This document shows, one piece after another, positions 19,891-30,163 of a DNA stretch of 64,000 nt (position 1 is its first letter; the number at the start of each line of letters is the position of its first letter). Made by a program: the position numbers and the translations under genes. The stretch comes from Clostridia bacterium (GTDB taxonomy: Bacteria; Bacillota; Clostridia; CAKSNL01; HGM11501), in assembly GCA_045545475.1 (NCBI GenBank), contig JAZQAZ010000041.1:32001-96000 (forward strand), read 5' to 3'. A model generated the notes under the pieces. It worked only from the letters and a program-made list of their open reading frames with translations. It had not been told where the DNA came from and searched no databases.

Positions 19891-20598
19891 TTACGCCGCT
19901 TCTTCCACATCAACAGGATGCAGGAAGGCAAATACTGCACTTGCCAAAACAGCACAGATAATTACCGAGAATCCATTTGGAACGGTTGACAAAAGCGGTA
20001 TATATTTAAACATACAGCTTAATACAATGGCAAAAAGCACGCAAAGTGCCGTTGCACCATGCTTTTTGCAGGGAGGAACAACGATTGCAATGAACATTGC
20101 ATAAATTGCAATACCGAGTGCCGATGTTATAGAATCAGGAAGTATGTCACCCGCCCAGGCACCAAGAAGAGTCCCGAGGCTCCATCCGAAGTAAGGTGTT
20201 ATAATAAGACCGTATAAAAACCGTTTCCCCACGCTTCCCTTAAGGCTTGATGCCACGGCAAAAACCTCGTCGGTATTGACAAAGGAAATGACAAATCGGT
20301 CAAAAAGATTTACCTTATCCGAAAGCTTCTGTGAAAGGGAAATCGACATAAGAGCGTATCTTAAGTTTATTATTATCTGGGAAAGTGCCAGTTCAAAAAG
20401 TGTCCCTCCTGCGGCAATTATGGGCACTGCCGCAAGCTGACCTGCCGAGGTCACATTTGTCATTGATATAAAAAGTGTTTCAAGTATGGAAAGGCCCTGC
20501 CCTACGGTGAAAATACCAAAAGCAAAGGATACTGAAAAATAGCCGAGGCAGATGGGAATTCCTGCAACGAGGCCTTTCTTAAAACTGTTGTTGTCCAA
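19891..20598 (-). CDS. azlC: AzlC family branched-chain amino acid exporter
   Basis: PICLGY, SAGQLA, INLRYALMS, TDEVFA motifs. Likely TTG start at 20598 (ORF track starts at 20643). Confidence 0.9.
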   Translation of the reverse strand: MDNNSFKKGLVAGIPICLGYFSVSFAFGIFTVGQGLSILETLFISMTNVTSAGQLAAVPIIAAGGTLFELALSQIIINLRYALMSISLSQKLSDKVNLFDRFVISFVNTDEVFAVASSLKGSVGKRFLYGLIITPYFGWSLGTLLGAWAGDILPDSITSALGIAIYAMFIAIVVPPCKKHGATALCVLFAIVLSCMFKYIPLLSTVPNGFSVIICAVLASAVFAFLHPVDVEEAA

Positions 20599-20662
20599 AA
20601 TAAAACCTTCTCTCAAAATTTTGCAAAGAAACCGCCGTGCCATAAGGCACGGCAGTTAAATG

Positions 20663-22048
20663 TCAAACTTTAATAACGCCGATTCCCTCTAATACGGAGA
20701 ATCCGAGAATTAAAAGGATACAAATAGGTGCTACATATTTTATCATGAATGAGAACATCTTCTTTTTCTTGAATTTACCCGTAAGTTCCACCTCTTCAAC
20801 CAAAGCAGAAGGCTTCAAGACGTAGCCTACAAAAATACAGGTGCAGAATGCAACAATCGGCATAAGCACACTGTTGCTGATAAAGTCAAAGAAAGATAAG
20901 AAGTCCATTCCTATAGGCTTTACATTGCCCCATAATCCAAAGCCAAGCGATGAGGGAACACCCATAAGAAGGCAAAGTATAAATACGAAAATACAAGAGA
21001 AATTTCTGTTCCACTTAAACTTATCGCAGAAAATGGATACTATAGTCTCCATAAGGCTTATGGACGATGTAAGAGCTGCAAAAAGCACAAGAATGAAAAA
21101 TGCTGCACCGATAATATGGCCGCCGGGCATCTTTTCAAATACCTGAGGAAGAGTTGCGAACATAAGACCGGGACCTTTGCCAAGCTGATCGGCTCCAAGT
21201 GTTGTGATTACTGCCGGAACTATCATAAGACCGGCAATAAAAGCTATACCCGTATCAAAAATTTCTATTTGCTTAACAGAGCCTTCTATACTTACATCTT
21301 TTTTCATATATGAACCATAGGTTATCATAATGCCCATAGCAAGGCTCATTGAATAGAAGAGCTGACCCATAGCTGCAAGCACTGTGGTTCCTGAAAACTT
21401 TGTAAAATCAGGAGTAATGTAGTAAAGAACACCTTCCATCGCGCCGTCCATACATACAGAATATACCGCAATAACGATTGAAAGAATTGCAAGTACGGGC
21501 ATCATTATCTTGCTTACTTTTTCTATGCCTTTTTCAACACCGAAAAATACAACGATTGCAGTTGCTGCCATAAATATGAAAAACCAAACCAAAGGCTCTT
21601 CAACCTTTGATATAAACGTGTCAAAGAAAGTTATTGTACTTTCATTACCTTCTACAACTTTTTTTGTGATTTCAGCCGCCGCACTTCCGTTTCCTGTAAC
21701 ATAAACTGAAAGGTACTTTGCAACCCATCCGCCGATTACAGAATAGTACGGCAGAATAATTATAGGAACTATTGCTCCTAAATATCCAATAAATGAAAAA
21801 CGTTTATCAAGAGCTCGGAATGCACCTATTGCACTTAAACCTGTTTTTCTTCCGATTGCAATTTCAGCTGTCATCAAGGCAAAGCCGAAAGTAAGTGCAA
21901 GAATTATATATGTAAGAAGGAATATACCTCCTCCGTGCTGTGCCGCAAGATAGGGAAAACGCCATATGTTTCCAAGACCGACAGCGGAACCTGCCGCCGC
22001 AAGCACAAATCCGATTTTACCGGTAAAGCTGCTTCTTTTAGTTTCCAT
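20663..22048 (-). CDS. Sodium-dependent transporter, NSS/SNF family
   Basis: GSAVGLGNIWRFPY signature, QLFYSMSLAMG, FAALTSSISLME. Confidence 0.95.
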   Translation of the reverse strand: METKRSSFTGKIGFVLAAAGSAVGLGNIWRFPYLAAQHGGGIFLLTYIILALTFGFALMTAEIAIGRKTGLSAIGAFRALDKRFSFIGYLGAIVPIIILPYYSVIGGWVAKYLSVYVTGNGSAAAEITKKVVEGNESTITFFDTFISKVEEPLVWFFIFMAATAIVVFFGVEKGIEKVSKIMMPVLAILSIVIAVYSVCMDGAMEGVLYYITPDFTKFSGTTVLAAMGQLFYSMSLAMGIMITYGSYMKKDVSIEGSVKQIEIFDTGIAFIAGLMIVPAVITTLGADQLGKGPGLMFATLPQVFEKMPGGHIIGAAFFILVLFAALTSSISLMETIVSIFCDKFKWNRNFSCIFVFILCLLMGVPSSLGFGLWGNVKPIGMDFLSFFDFISNSVLMPIVAFCTCIFVGYVLKPSALVEEVELTGKFKKKKMFSFMIKYVAPICILLILGFSVLEGIGVIKV

Positions 22049-22114
22049 TCAATCTCCTCCAAAAGTAATTATCGACTTAGTATAGCACAAAAGTCAATTT
22101 ATGTCAATTTTTGT

Positions 22115-22930
22115 TTATCTTACAAAATCAAGAATATCTTCTTCCTTAAGCGAAAGAACTTTTACCATCATTTCACACTTAGGCAAATAATACTCATCAT
22201 AATTATGAACGTTATGTGAATCGCTTCCGAAAACGAACTTACATCCGCATTCCTTTGCAATATTAAACATTCTTATTTCCTCAGCCTTTTCTATTGTTGT
22301 CTCATCAAAAACCTTCATTGAGCCGATGTTTATTTCCACGGCAATCCCCTTTTCTGCCGTAGCAGAAAAAAGATACTTCATTTTATCGTCGGTAAGCATT
22401 CTTTTAAGTTCGTTATTGTCATAGGGACAGCAAACCGCATCAAAGGGATGTGCCATAGATAGAATTTTTCCGCTTACGGGGCTGTTTAATATATTGTAAT
22501 ACGCCCTTTCCATAAATTCAAGATGCACCGCTTTGTAGTCCGGTTTTGCATACTCAGCAGGCATGGTCTTATGAGTGTGGGAATTAGGAACAATTATAAA
22601 ATCAAACTTTTCTGCACACTCCTCTGTTATTGCCACTCCATGTTCAGGACTGTATTCCGCTTCGCAACCGAAGTAAACCTCTATTCCTTCTTTATCCGCT
22701 TTTTCTATTTCTTCTTTAATTGTTGCAAGATGGTCATAGTTCTGTATTTCGTAAAAGATAAAGTCAAGAGGTTTATACGATGCATCCCAAAAATGATCCG
22801 CAAAACCAATTTTTTTAAGGCCCATTTTTCTTGCCTTTTCTATGTATTCCTTTGCATAAGCATCACGGTATGCACAAAGCGAGCGTTCCGTATGAATATG
22901 AAAATCGTGCTTAATTTCCATCATTATCAC
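22115..22930 (-). CDS. PHP domain phosphoesterase
   Basis: HDFHIHT, ADH, AHP and GSDSH metal-binding motifs. Confidence 0.88.
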   Translation of the reverse strand: MIMMEIKHDFHIHTERSLCAYRDAYAKEYIEKARKMGLKKIGFADHFWDASYKPLDFIFYEIQNYDHLATIKEEIEKADKEGIEVYFGCEAEYSPEHGVAITEECAEKFDFIIVPNSHTHKTMPAEYAKPDYKAVHLEFMERAYYNILNSPVSGKILSMAHPFDAVCCPYDNNELKRMLTDDKMKYLFSATAEKGIAVEINIGSMKVFDETTIEKAEEIRMFNIAKECGCKFVFGSDSHNVHNYDEYYLPKCEMMVKVLSLKEEDILDFVR

Positions 22931-22931
22931 C

Positions 22932-24881
22932 TCACTGTACCTTTATGGTATAAGTTTTTCCTGCACACAGTGCACCCTTTGAATCAAAAGCCCGGCATGT
23001 AAGTTCAAGCGTCTTATCCTTATAGGGTGAAAAATCAACATTGATTGTATACGGAATTCCGTAACCTACTCCGATATCCACACCGTTCAAAGAATAAACA
23101 ACATAGGCGAAATCGTTTTCAAGTGTCTTCACATAAGCATGAAGAGAAATCATTTCCGCAGGAACTGTCACATTGTTTCCGACTTCAAAGCTGTAGGTAG
23201 CATTTGTCGCTTCCTCTCCCGAAATATAGGCACTGTTTCCAACAGCATTTTTGAAAGATTCATAATATGTAGCATTTCCGGAAAATTCGAATTTACGTCC
23301 GCCGGCATCTTGTGTTTCAAAAAGATATGCCGCAACCACACCGGGATATTTTATCGGGAGATAGGTAAAGAGATCCTTTATCTGTGAAGAAGAATATTCG
23401 GTAAGGTCGGCCCCGGTTTTTCTGTCTATGTATGACGCTCCGCTTTCCGAAATCATAATAGGCTTTTTATGTCCATAAAGAGACACAATCGTATCCAAAA
23501 GTGATGCAAAGCGGCTCCTGTCAACGCCTTGTCCAAGGGGATCGGTTTCCGGCTGATATTCAGCATAAAGCGATATGCCGACATAATCAACATAAGCATC
23601 TCCGGGATAATAAAATTCCATATTGTTGGCGGGATAGAAATTGGGAGACCAGACCATCGCACAGTTTGGGGCATATTTATGGAAAATATCTGCCACATAG
23701 CGGAATCTCTGGATGTACGCTCCGTAATCGGTGGTATACCAACTGTTTGTTTCGTCATTCATTTCGCACGCAAAACGTATTAAGGTTTTTGTACCAAGTG
23801 CTTTTATATCCTCAGCCAGTTTTACATAACGTGAATCTTCGGGGGTAATACTCAAAAGGTCATTAAGGTCTTTAACCTGAAGAGCATACTGTATAATTTT
23901 ACCTTGCTCTGCTGCAGCCTTGAAAGCCTGCTCGTAAGGCTTTATGTCATCGTAACCGTAAACAATGAATCCCGCTGCTTCTTTGCCTATAAGGTTTTCA
24001 AACTGCTGCATATAAGAAGGTTCGCTTCCCATAAGCGTAACACCAAGCTGAACTCCTGAATCCGGCTCGTAAAGTGCACCAAACTTTTTTCTTCCCGAAT
24101 AATTTTCATTACCCGAAGTAACAAAAATCTGCACAGTACTTCCGCTTAAATCTCCTCTTCTCGATGCATCGATTGCCGCCTGAGGAAGACCTGCAATTTC
24201 CCAATAATAGGATTCTCTTTTATAACATGCAACAGTTTCGTCCACCATTCCCAATGCATTATAGCACTTGCCAAGATGGTTATAGAGCATAGCATCACTA
24301 TATGCATCACTCTTCTCCAGGAATACCGGAGCAACTTCTCTGAATTTTTCAATTGCCGCTGCATAGTTGCCACTGTTTTCAAGATTAATGGCTTCCGACC
24401 ATACCTTCCAGAAGTTAGATACTTTTATACCGCTGTTCTCTATTTCATAAACCAAATTTCCTGCACCGGGACTTTCAACCTTTACGCTTCCGTCCCAGGA
24501 TACTTTTGCATCAAGTGCCTCAAGCACCGCACGAATGGGAAGATATGTTCTTCCGTTAACAATGGTTGCTGCGGCATCATTATAAATTTTCGTTCCGTTT
24601 CTGTAAATTGCCGACTCACCAATTTTGCATGTAACGGTAGTTACGCCCTTTGTCACAATCGCCGTACTCTGCTCAGCGTCCCAACGTACAGTTGCACCGT
24701 AAGCTTCCATCGCAGCACGCAAAGGAACCATTGTTCTTCCCTCCGCACTTATAAACGGATAGCCTGTGGAATCGTTGAATCCCACCTTGACATTGTCTAT
24801 AACAACATCAGTTGCCATAGCAGGAACCATTCCGAAAACGATACTTAACAAAAGTACTGTCGCCAAAAAAATCCTTTTCAT
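22932..24881 (-). CDS. Secreted protein: N-terminal stalk domain, TPR-like helix region, GH26-like catalytic domain
   Basis: Signal peptide; GRTMVPLR and GRTYLPIR stalk motifs; RFACEMN (acid/base), YYPGDAYVDYVG, KPIMISESG (nucleophile). Promoter TTGACA-17-TATAAT at about 24918-24946. Confidence 0.78.
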   Translation of the reverse strand: MKRIFLATVLLLSIVFGMVPAMATDVVIDNVKVGFNDSTGYPFISAEGRTMVPLRAAMEAYGATVRWDAEQSTAIVTKGVTTVTCKIGESAIYRNGTKIYNDAAATIVNGRTYLPIRAVLEALDAKVSWDGSVKVESPGAGNLVYEIENSGIKVSNFWKVWSEAINLENSGNYAAAIEKFREVAPVFLEKSDAYSDAMLYNHLGKCYNALGMVDETVACYKRESYYWEIAGLPQAAIDASRRGDLSGSTVQIFVTSGNENYSGRKKFGALYEPDSGVQLGVTLMGSEPSYMQQFENLIGKEAAGFIVYGYDDIKPYEQAFKAAAEQGKIIQYALQVKDLNDLLSITPEDSRYVKLAEDIKALGTKTLIRFACEMNDETNSWYTTDYGAYIQRFRYVADIFHKYAPNCAMVWSPNFYPANNMEFYYPGDAYVDYVGISLYAEYQPETDPLGQGVDRSRFASLLDTIVSLYGHKKPIMISESGASYIDRKTGADLTEYSSSQIKDLFTYLPIKYPGVVAAYLFETQDAGGRKFEFSGNATYYESFKNAVGNSAYISGEEATNATYSFEVGNNVTVPAEMISLHAYVKTLENDFAYVVYSLNGVDIGVGYGIPYTINVDFSPYKDKTLELTCRAFDSKGALCAGKTYTIKVQ

Positions 24882-24949
24882 TTACCTTACCTCTGTTTCT
24901 CATATTATCGGTTATGTATTATATCACTTATTCAAGTTTATGTCAAACA

Positions 24950-24974
24950 AAAAGCACCCATAGGGTGCTTTTGT
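24950..24974 (-). terminator. Terminator of his operon
   Basis: AAAAGCACCC-ata-GGGTGCTTTT. Confidence 0.75.
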
Positions 24975-25760
24975 TTATCTTAATTTTTCAACCACTTTTA
25001 CTCCTGTTGACCTTATCTTATCTTCCCATTTCGAAAATTCGTACATAATAGTATCCTTTGCGTGGGAATCGCTGGAAAAAATTACGCTTCCGCCCTTTTC
25101 TTTTATATATTCAATCATTTCAAAGGAAGGATAAGGCACGGTTCTGTAGCCGCGGGAAATCGCTCCCGTATTTATTTCAAAAGGAACGCCCGAAGGAATA
25201 AGCACATCAACCGCCTTTTTCCATGCTTTTTTGTAGCGCTCGCTTTCCGTATCGAATATAGGTGTTTTTTCCTCGAACTTTTCAAGCAGATTAAAATGGC
25301 CTATGATATCACAGTTTAATTTATTTACAACATCTGCAACCACTTCATAATACCTTTCCGCAAAAGAAAGAGTGTCTCCTCCGAAATATTTATCCGCTGC
25401 TTTTTTCATGGTTTCCGCATCAGAATCTACCACCACATATTCATCCTCTATTTTAACATAGTGAACCGAGCCTATGACATAATCGTACATAGAAACATTC
25501 TCGGAGGAATAGTAGTCGCTCTCAACGCCCAGGTATATCTTTATTTTATCCTTGTATTTTTCCTTCAGTGCTTTTATCTCCTCTATGTAAAGAGGCTTTT
25601 TTTCACACTTTATGCAGTAGCTTTTGTCATAAAACGTAATTCCGTGGACGGAAAAGCCCATTTCCTCCATTCCCATTTCAATGGCAGATAAAACCATTTC
25701 CTCGGGAGAATTTTTTCCGTCACAGAAGGTTGTATGCATATGGTAATCTGTTTTAATCAA
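24975..25760 (-). CDS. hisK: Histidinol-phosphatase, PHP family (HisJ/HisK)
   Basis: DYHMHT, IGSVH, IIGH and SSDSH motifs; last gene of the his operon. Confidence 0.85.
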   Translation of the reverse strand: MIKTDYHMHTTFCDGKNSPEEMVLSAIEMGMEEMGFSVHGITFYDKSYCIKCEKKPLYIEEIKALKEKYKDKIKIYLGVESDYYSSENVSMYDYVIGSVHYVKIEDEYVVVDSDAETMKKAADKYFGGDTLSFAERYYEVVADVVNKLNCDIIGHFNLLEKFEEKTPIFDTESERYKKAWKKAVDVLIPSGVPFEINTGAISRGYRTVPYPSFEMIEYIKEKGGSVIFSSDSHAKDTIMYEFSKWEDKIRSTGVKVVEKLR

Positions 25761-26407
25761 TTTGTCATCTTCTCCTGCTTGACTTTTTTATCTATAACGT
25801 GACGGGAGGCAAGTTCTTTATGGATGTCCTCTAAAGAAATGCCCGCTTCAATCATTAATACCATAACGTGATAGCAAAGGTCTGCAATTTCGTAAATTGT
25901 TTCCTTTTTATCCTCAGCCTTTGCCGCAATAATAACCTCGGTGCACTCCTCGCCCACCTTCTTTAAAATCTTATCAATACCCTTTTCAAAAAGATAGGTA
26001 GTGTATGAGCCTTCCTTCTTTTCCGTCTTTCTGCCTTTTATAAGCTCCAGTAAGCCTTCATAGGAAAATTCCTTAAGTTCTTCACTCTCCCATATAGATT
26101 TGGTAAAGCAGGAATCCGTTCCGGTGTGGCAGGCAGGTCCATCCTTTTCCACCATCACAACCAGGGCATCATTGTCACAGTCTGCCGTGATTGACACAAT
26201 ATGCTGATAGTTTCCGCTGGTTTCGCCCTTTAACCAGAGCTCATTTCTGCTTCTGCTGTAAAAGCAGGTAAGTCCCTTCTCCATGGAAATTTTAAGACTT
26301 TCTTCGTTCATATATGCAAGGGTTAAAACCTTTTTAGTTACAGCATCCACCACTATTGCGGGAATTAACCCCTTTTCGTCAAATTTAAGTTCTTTAATAT
26401 CAAGCAT
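25757..26407 (-). CDS. hisIE: Bifunctional phosphoribosyl-AMP cyclohydrolase / phosphoribosyl-ATP diphosphatase
   Basis: [32 protein letters not shown]. Confidence 0.96.
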   Translation of the reverse strand: MLDIKELKFDEKGLIPAIVVDAVTKKVLTLAYMNEESLKISMEKGLTCFYSRSRNELWLKGETSGNYQHIVSITADCDNDALVVMVEKDGPACHTGTDSCFTKSIWESEELKEFSYEGLLELIKGRKTEKKEGSYTTYLFEKGIDKILKKVGEECTEVIIAAKAEDKKETIYEIADLCYHVMVLMIEAGISLEDIHKELASRHVIDKKVKQEKMTN

Positions 26408-26425
26408 TGTTAAGTCCGTCCTTTC

Positions 26426-27184
26426 TTATAATCTAACGGGTATATTTTCTTTTTTAAGTGATTCTTTAAGCGTTTTTATTTCTACTTCGCCGAAGTGGAA
26501 AATTGATGCAGCCAAGCCTGCATCCACCTTGGGAAGAGTCTTAAAGAGCGTAGTGAAATCTTCAACACAGCCCGCACCGCCCGATGCGATAACAGGAACA
26601 TTTACGGCCTCGCATACAGCATCAAGCATTTCAAGGTCAAAGCCTTTTTTAACTCCGTCTGTGTCAATGGAATTAAGCACAACCTCGCCCGCTCCCATAT
26701 CCACACATCTTTTAATCCAGCTGATGGCTTCCATCCCGGTGTTTTCACGTCCGCCCTTGGCAAACACCCGGAAAACTCCGTCAACTCTTTTAACATCAGC
26801 AGAAATTACAACGCACTGATTTCCGTAAAGCTTTGCCGCTTCTTCAATAAGTCCGGGATTTCTGATTGCACCAGAATTTACGCTTACTTTATCCGCACCG
26901 CATTTTAACACTCTGTCAAAATCCGTCACTGTATTTATTCCACCGCCAACGGTCAGAGGGATAAATATCTTTCTTGCAACCTCAGTAAGTATATCGGTGA
27001 AAAGTGCCCTTCCTTCGCTGGAAGCGGTAATGTCATAAAACACCAACTCATCGGCTCCCATATCGCTGTAATATTTTGCCAACTCAACGGGAGAAGACAC
27101 GTCTGAAAGACCTTTAAAATTAACACCCTTTACCACCCTTCCGTCCTTAACATCCAGGCAGGGAATTATTCTTTTCGTTATCAT
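26426..27184 (-). CDS. hisF: Imidazole glycerol phosphate synthase cyclase subunit
   Basis: KRIIPCLDV, GADELVFYDITAS, VIASGGAG. Confidence 0.97.
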   Translation of the reverse strand: MITKRIIPCLDVKDGRVVKGVNFKGLSDVSSPVELAKYYSDMGADELVFYDITASSEGRALFTDILTEVARKIFIPLTVGGGINTVTDFDRVLKCGADKVSVNSGAIRNPGLIEEAAKLYGNQCVVISADVKRVDGVFRVFAKGGRENTGMEAISWIKRCVDMGAGEVVLNSIDTDGVKKGFDLEMLDAVCEAVNVPVIASGGAGCVEDFTTLFKTLPKVDAGLAASIFHFGEVEIKTLKESLKKENIPVRL

Positions 27185-27894
27185 TTTGCCACCTCAATTG
27201 CTTCCTTAAGGTCAATTGCACCAATGTAGTATGCCTTTCCTATAATGGCCCCGTAAATATCAAGTGCTCGTAGTTTTTTCACGTCTTCAATAGAGGAAAC
27301 TCCACCGGATGCTGTAATGTTTACGGAAAACTTTTCTGAAAGCTCCTTATAAAGAGCGTGGTTTGTTCCCTGCATCGCGCCGTCCTTTGAAATGTCGGTG
27401 CAGATAAGGGTTGAAACCCCAATTTTTTCCATTTTTTCGCAGAAGGAAAAAGCATCGTGACTGCTTTTTTCCGTCCATCCCGAAATTGCTACAAAGCCGT
27501 CCTTTATGTCAACTCCGACGGCAATTTTTTCACCGTACTTCTCTACCGCCGCCTTTAAGAATTCCTCATCCTTTACTGCCGCCGTACCTAAAATCACCCT
27601 ATCAAGACCAATGTTTATATACTTATCAACGGTTTCCATATTTCTTATTCCGCCGCCAAGCTCGGCGAGAAGATTGGTGTTTTTAATTATGTTTTCTACG
27701 GTTTCAAGATTCGGAGTTGTTCCGTCCTTTGCACCCTCCAAGTCCACAAGGTGAATACAGGTCGCACCGCAGGCTTCAAACTCTTTTGCAACAAGTAAAG
27801 GATTTTCATTATAAACTGTCATTTCGTCGTAATTGCCCTTATAAAGACGAACCGCCTTGCCTCCGTATAAATCTATTGCAGGAAATATAAGCAT
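27181..27894 (-). CDS. hisA: ProFAR isomerase
   Basis: IFPAIDL, HLVDLEGA, GGGIR, TDISKDG. Confidence 0.97.
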   Translation of the reverse strand: MLIFPAIDLYGGKAVRLYKGNYDEMTVYNENPLLVAKEFEACGATCIHLVDLEGAKDGTTPNLETVENIIKNTNLLAELGGGIRNMETVDKYINIGLDRVILGTAAVKDEEFLKAAVEKYGEKIAVGVDIKDGFVAISGWTEKSSHDAFSFCEKMEKIGVSTLICTDISKDGAMQGTNHALYKELSEKFSVNITASGGVSSIEDVKKLRALDIYGAIIGKAYYIGAIDLKEAIEVAK

Positions 27895-27897
27895 CCG

Positions 27898-28509
27898 TCA
27901 TCCCTCACTTTCACAAAAAGCCTTAAGTATTTTAAGTCCCACGTCTCCGCTTTTTTCAGGATGGAACTGACAGCCCGATACATTTCCCTTTTCAACTGCC
28001 GCTGTCAGGGGAGCACCATAGTCGCTTACAGCGATTACACTGTCACATTCTGCTCCGTAATAAGAATGAACGAAGTAAACAAAATCCCCATCCTTTATAT
28101 ACTTAAAAAGCTTTGAATCTTTAGTAAACTTAAGTGCATTCCAACCTATATGAGGAATTTTAAGCTCTTTCGGAATAACCCCTTCAATCGGACGAATTTC
28201 TCCCTTTATTAACCCCAGTCCTTCATGTTCCCCGTACTCATAGCTTTTTTCAAAAAGCATTTGCATGCCGAGGCATATTCCCATTATGGGTTTACCCTTT
28301 GCAGCTTCTTCTTTTATTACGTCAAAAAGACCTGTATCACGAAGCTTTTTTGCCGCATCTCCAAAAGCACCAACGCCGGGAAGAATTATTTTTTCAGCAT
28401 TCTTTATTTCTTCGGCTTCTCCTGTAACAAACGCCTTTGCACCAATCATATCAAGGGAGCTTTTAAGTGAGAAAAGATTCCCCACTCCGTAGTCAACTAT
28501 CGCAATCAT
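27898..28509 (-). CDS. hisH: Imidazole glycerol phosphate synthase glutaminase subunit
   Basis: LPGVGAF, GICLGMQ, QFHPEKS. Confidence 0.97.
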   Translation of the reverse strand: MIAIVDYGVGNLFSLKSSLDMIGAKAFVTGEAEEIKNAEKIILPGVGAFGDAAKKLRDTGLFDVIKEEAAKGKPIMGICLGMQMLFEKSYEYGEHEGLGLIKGEIRPIEGVIPKELKIPHIGWNALKFTKDSKLFKYIKDGDFVYFVHSYYGAECDSVIAVSDYGAPLTAAVEKGNVSGCQFHPEKSGDVGLKILKAFCESEG

Positions 28510-29105
28510 TAAAGCACTCCCTTTGTTGAAGGTATTTCGTTTTTCGCCGCTTCGTCTATTGACACGGCAGTTCTCAAGCTTCTGGCAACCGATTTATAAA
28601 TTCCCTCAATAATGTGATGAGAATTCATGCCGGAAAGCATTTTAATATGGAGATTGCATTTTGCATTGTCGGAAAATGCAAGAAAAAACTCCCTTACAAG
28701 TTCCGTATCAAAGTCCCCCACCTTTTCTGTGGGGATTTGGGCATCAAATACCAGATAGCTTCTGCCGGATAAGTCCACTGCAGAAAGAATAAGTGCTTCA
28801 TCCATAGGAAGAATCATAGAGCCGTAGCGGCAGATTCCCTTTTTGTCGGAAAGTGCATTTGCAAAAGCATCTCCCAGGGCAATTCCGATATCCTCTGTTG
28901 TGTGGTGATAGTCAACAAAGGTATCTCCCTTGCAGGTAAGCTCTATATCAAATCTTCCGTGCTTTGCAAAAAGCGTCATCATGTGATCCAAAAAGCCACA
29001 GCCGGTATTGATTTTGCTTTCTCCCTTACCGTCTAAATCTATCTTAAGATAAATATCTGTTTCATTTGTTTTTCTTTTTATTTCTGCTGTTCTCAAAGTT
29101 ATCAC
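28509..29105 (-). CDS. hisB: Imidazoleglycerol-phosphate dehydratase
   Basis: FLDHM, DYHHTTED, NSHHIIE, PSTKGVL. Confidence 0.97.
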   Translation of the reverse strand: MITLRTAEIKRKTNETDIYLKIDLDGKGESKINTGCGFLDHMMTLFAKHGRFDIELTCKGDTFVDYHHTTEDIGIALGDAFANALSDKKGICRYGSMILPMDEALILSAVDLSGRSYLVFDAQIPTEKVGDFDTELVREFFLAFSDNAKCNLHIKMLSGMNSHHIIEGIYKSVARSLRTAVSIDEAAKNEIPSTKGVL

Positions 29106-29107
29106 CC

Positions 29108-30163
29108 TTATTTTATTATTTCGGAAAGTGCCGCTAAAAGTGCTTCCATCTCCTCACGGCTTCCCACGGTTATTCTGTTATAATCCTTTATTCTTTCCTT
29201 TGTGAAATGGCGTACAAGTATGCCCTTTTCACGAAGCTTTATATATATTGCTTCTCCGCTCAAAACACTATGCTTTGCAAAAATGAAATTTGCTTTTGAA
29301 TCCGTAAGGGTAAATCCAAGTTTTTCAAGCTCTTTCTTGGTGTATTCCCTGGTATCAACAATTTTTTCAAGATTTGCTTTTGTATATTCCTCATCGTTTA
29401 ATACACCAAGACCCGATGCCTGAGTCATCATGTTTACGTTATAGGGATTGGTGGAATACTTAATGGTATTAAGATCTCGTATCAGTTCAGGATTTCCGCA
29501 ACCGAAGCCAAGGCGTGCTCCTGCCATGGAACGGGACTTTGAAAATGTTCCCGTAACCAGAAGATTGTCGTATTTTCTTACCAGTGAAACTGCACTTTCG
29601 TTTCCGAAATCCACGTAAGCTTCGTCAATTACCACCACGTTGTCTCTATTATTTTTAACGATTTCCTCAATTTCGGAAAGCGTCAGATAAATTCCCGTGG
29701 GTGCATTGGGGTTTGCTATTATAATGGTTTTTCCCGCATTAAAGTATTTTTTAATGTCTATAGAAAAATCCTCTTCAAGCGGAATTTCCTCATAGGGTAC
29801 GCCGTTTAAATCCGCAAACACCGGATAAAAGCCATAAGTTATGTCAGGAAATACCGCAGGGGTATTTTTATCGCAAAACGCCATAAATGCAAAATTAAGT
29901 ATTTCATCAGAGCCGTTGGTCATAAGTACTTCATCATAGGAAAGTCCCAGTATTTCCGCCATTTTCTCGGTAAGTGCCCTGCATTCCGGATCAGAATAAA
30001 GCATAAGCTTTTCCGCTGCCTCGCTTGCTGCTTTAACAGCCTTTTCGGAAGGCGGATAGGGCGATTCGTTGGTATTTAGCTTTATATACTTACGCTCTTT
30101 GGGCTGCTCCCCCGGTGTATAGGGCGTAAGGCTTTTTACTCTTTCATTTTGAAATCTGCTCAT
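29108..30163 (-). CDS. hisC: Histidinol-phosphate aminotransferase
   Basis: KLNTNESP, NGSDE, NPNAPTG, DEAY, TFSK...AGARLG. Confidence 0.96.
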   Translation of the reverse strand: MSRFQNERVKSLTPYTPGEQPKERKYIKLNTNESPYPPSEKAVKAASEAAEKLMLYSDPECRALTEKMAEILGLSYDEVLMTNGSDEILNFAFMAFCDKNTPAVFPDITYGFYPVFADLNGVPYEEIPLEEDFSIDIKKYFNAGKTIIIANPNAPTGIYLTLSEIEEIVKNNRDNVVVIDEAYVDFGNESAVSLVRKYDNLLVTGTFSKSRSMAGARLGFGCGNPELIRDLNTIKYSTNPYNVNMMTQASGLGVLNDEEYTKANLEKIVDTREYTKKELEKLGFTLTDSKANFIFAKHSVLSGEAIYIKLREKGILVRHFTKERIKDYNRITVGSREEMEALLAALSEIIK

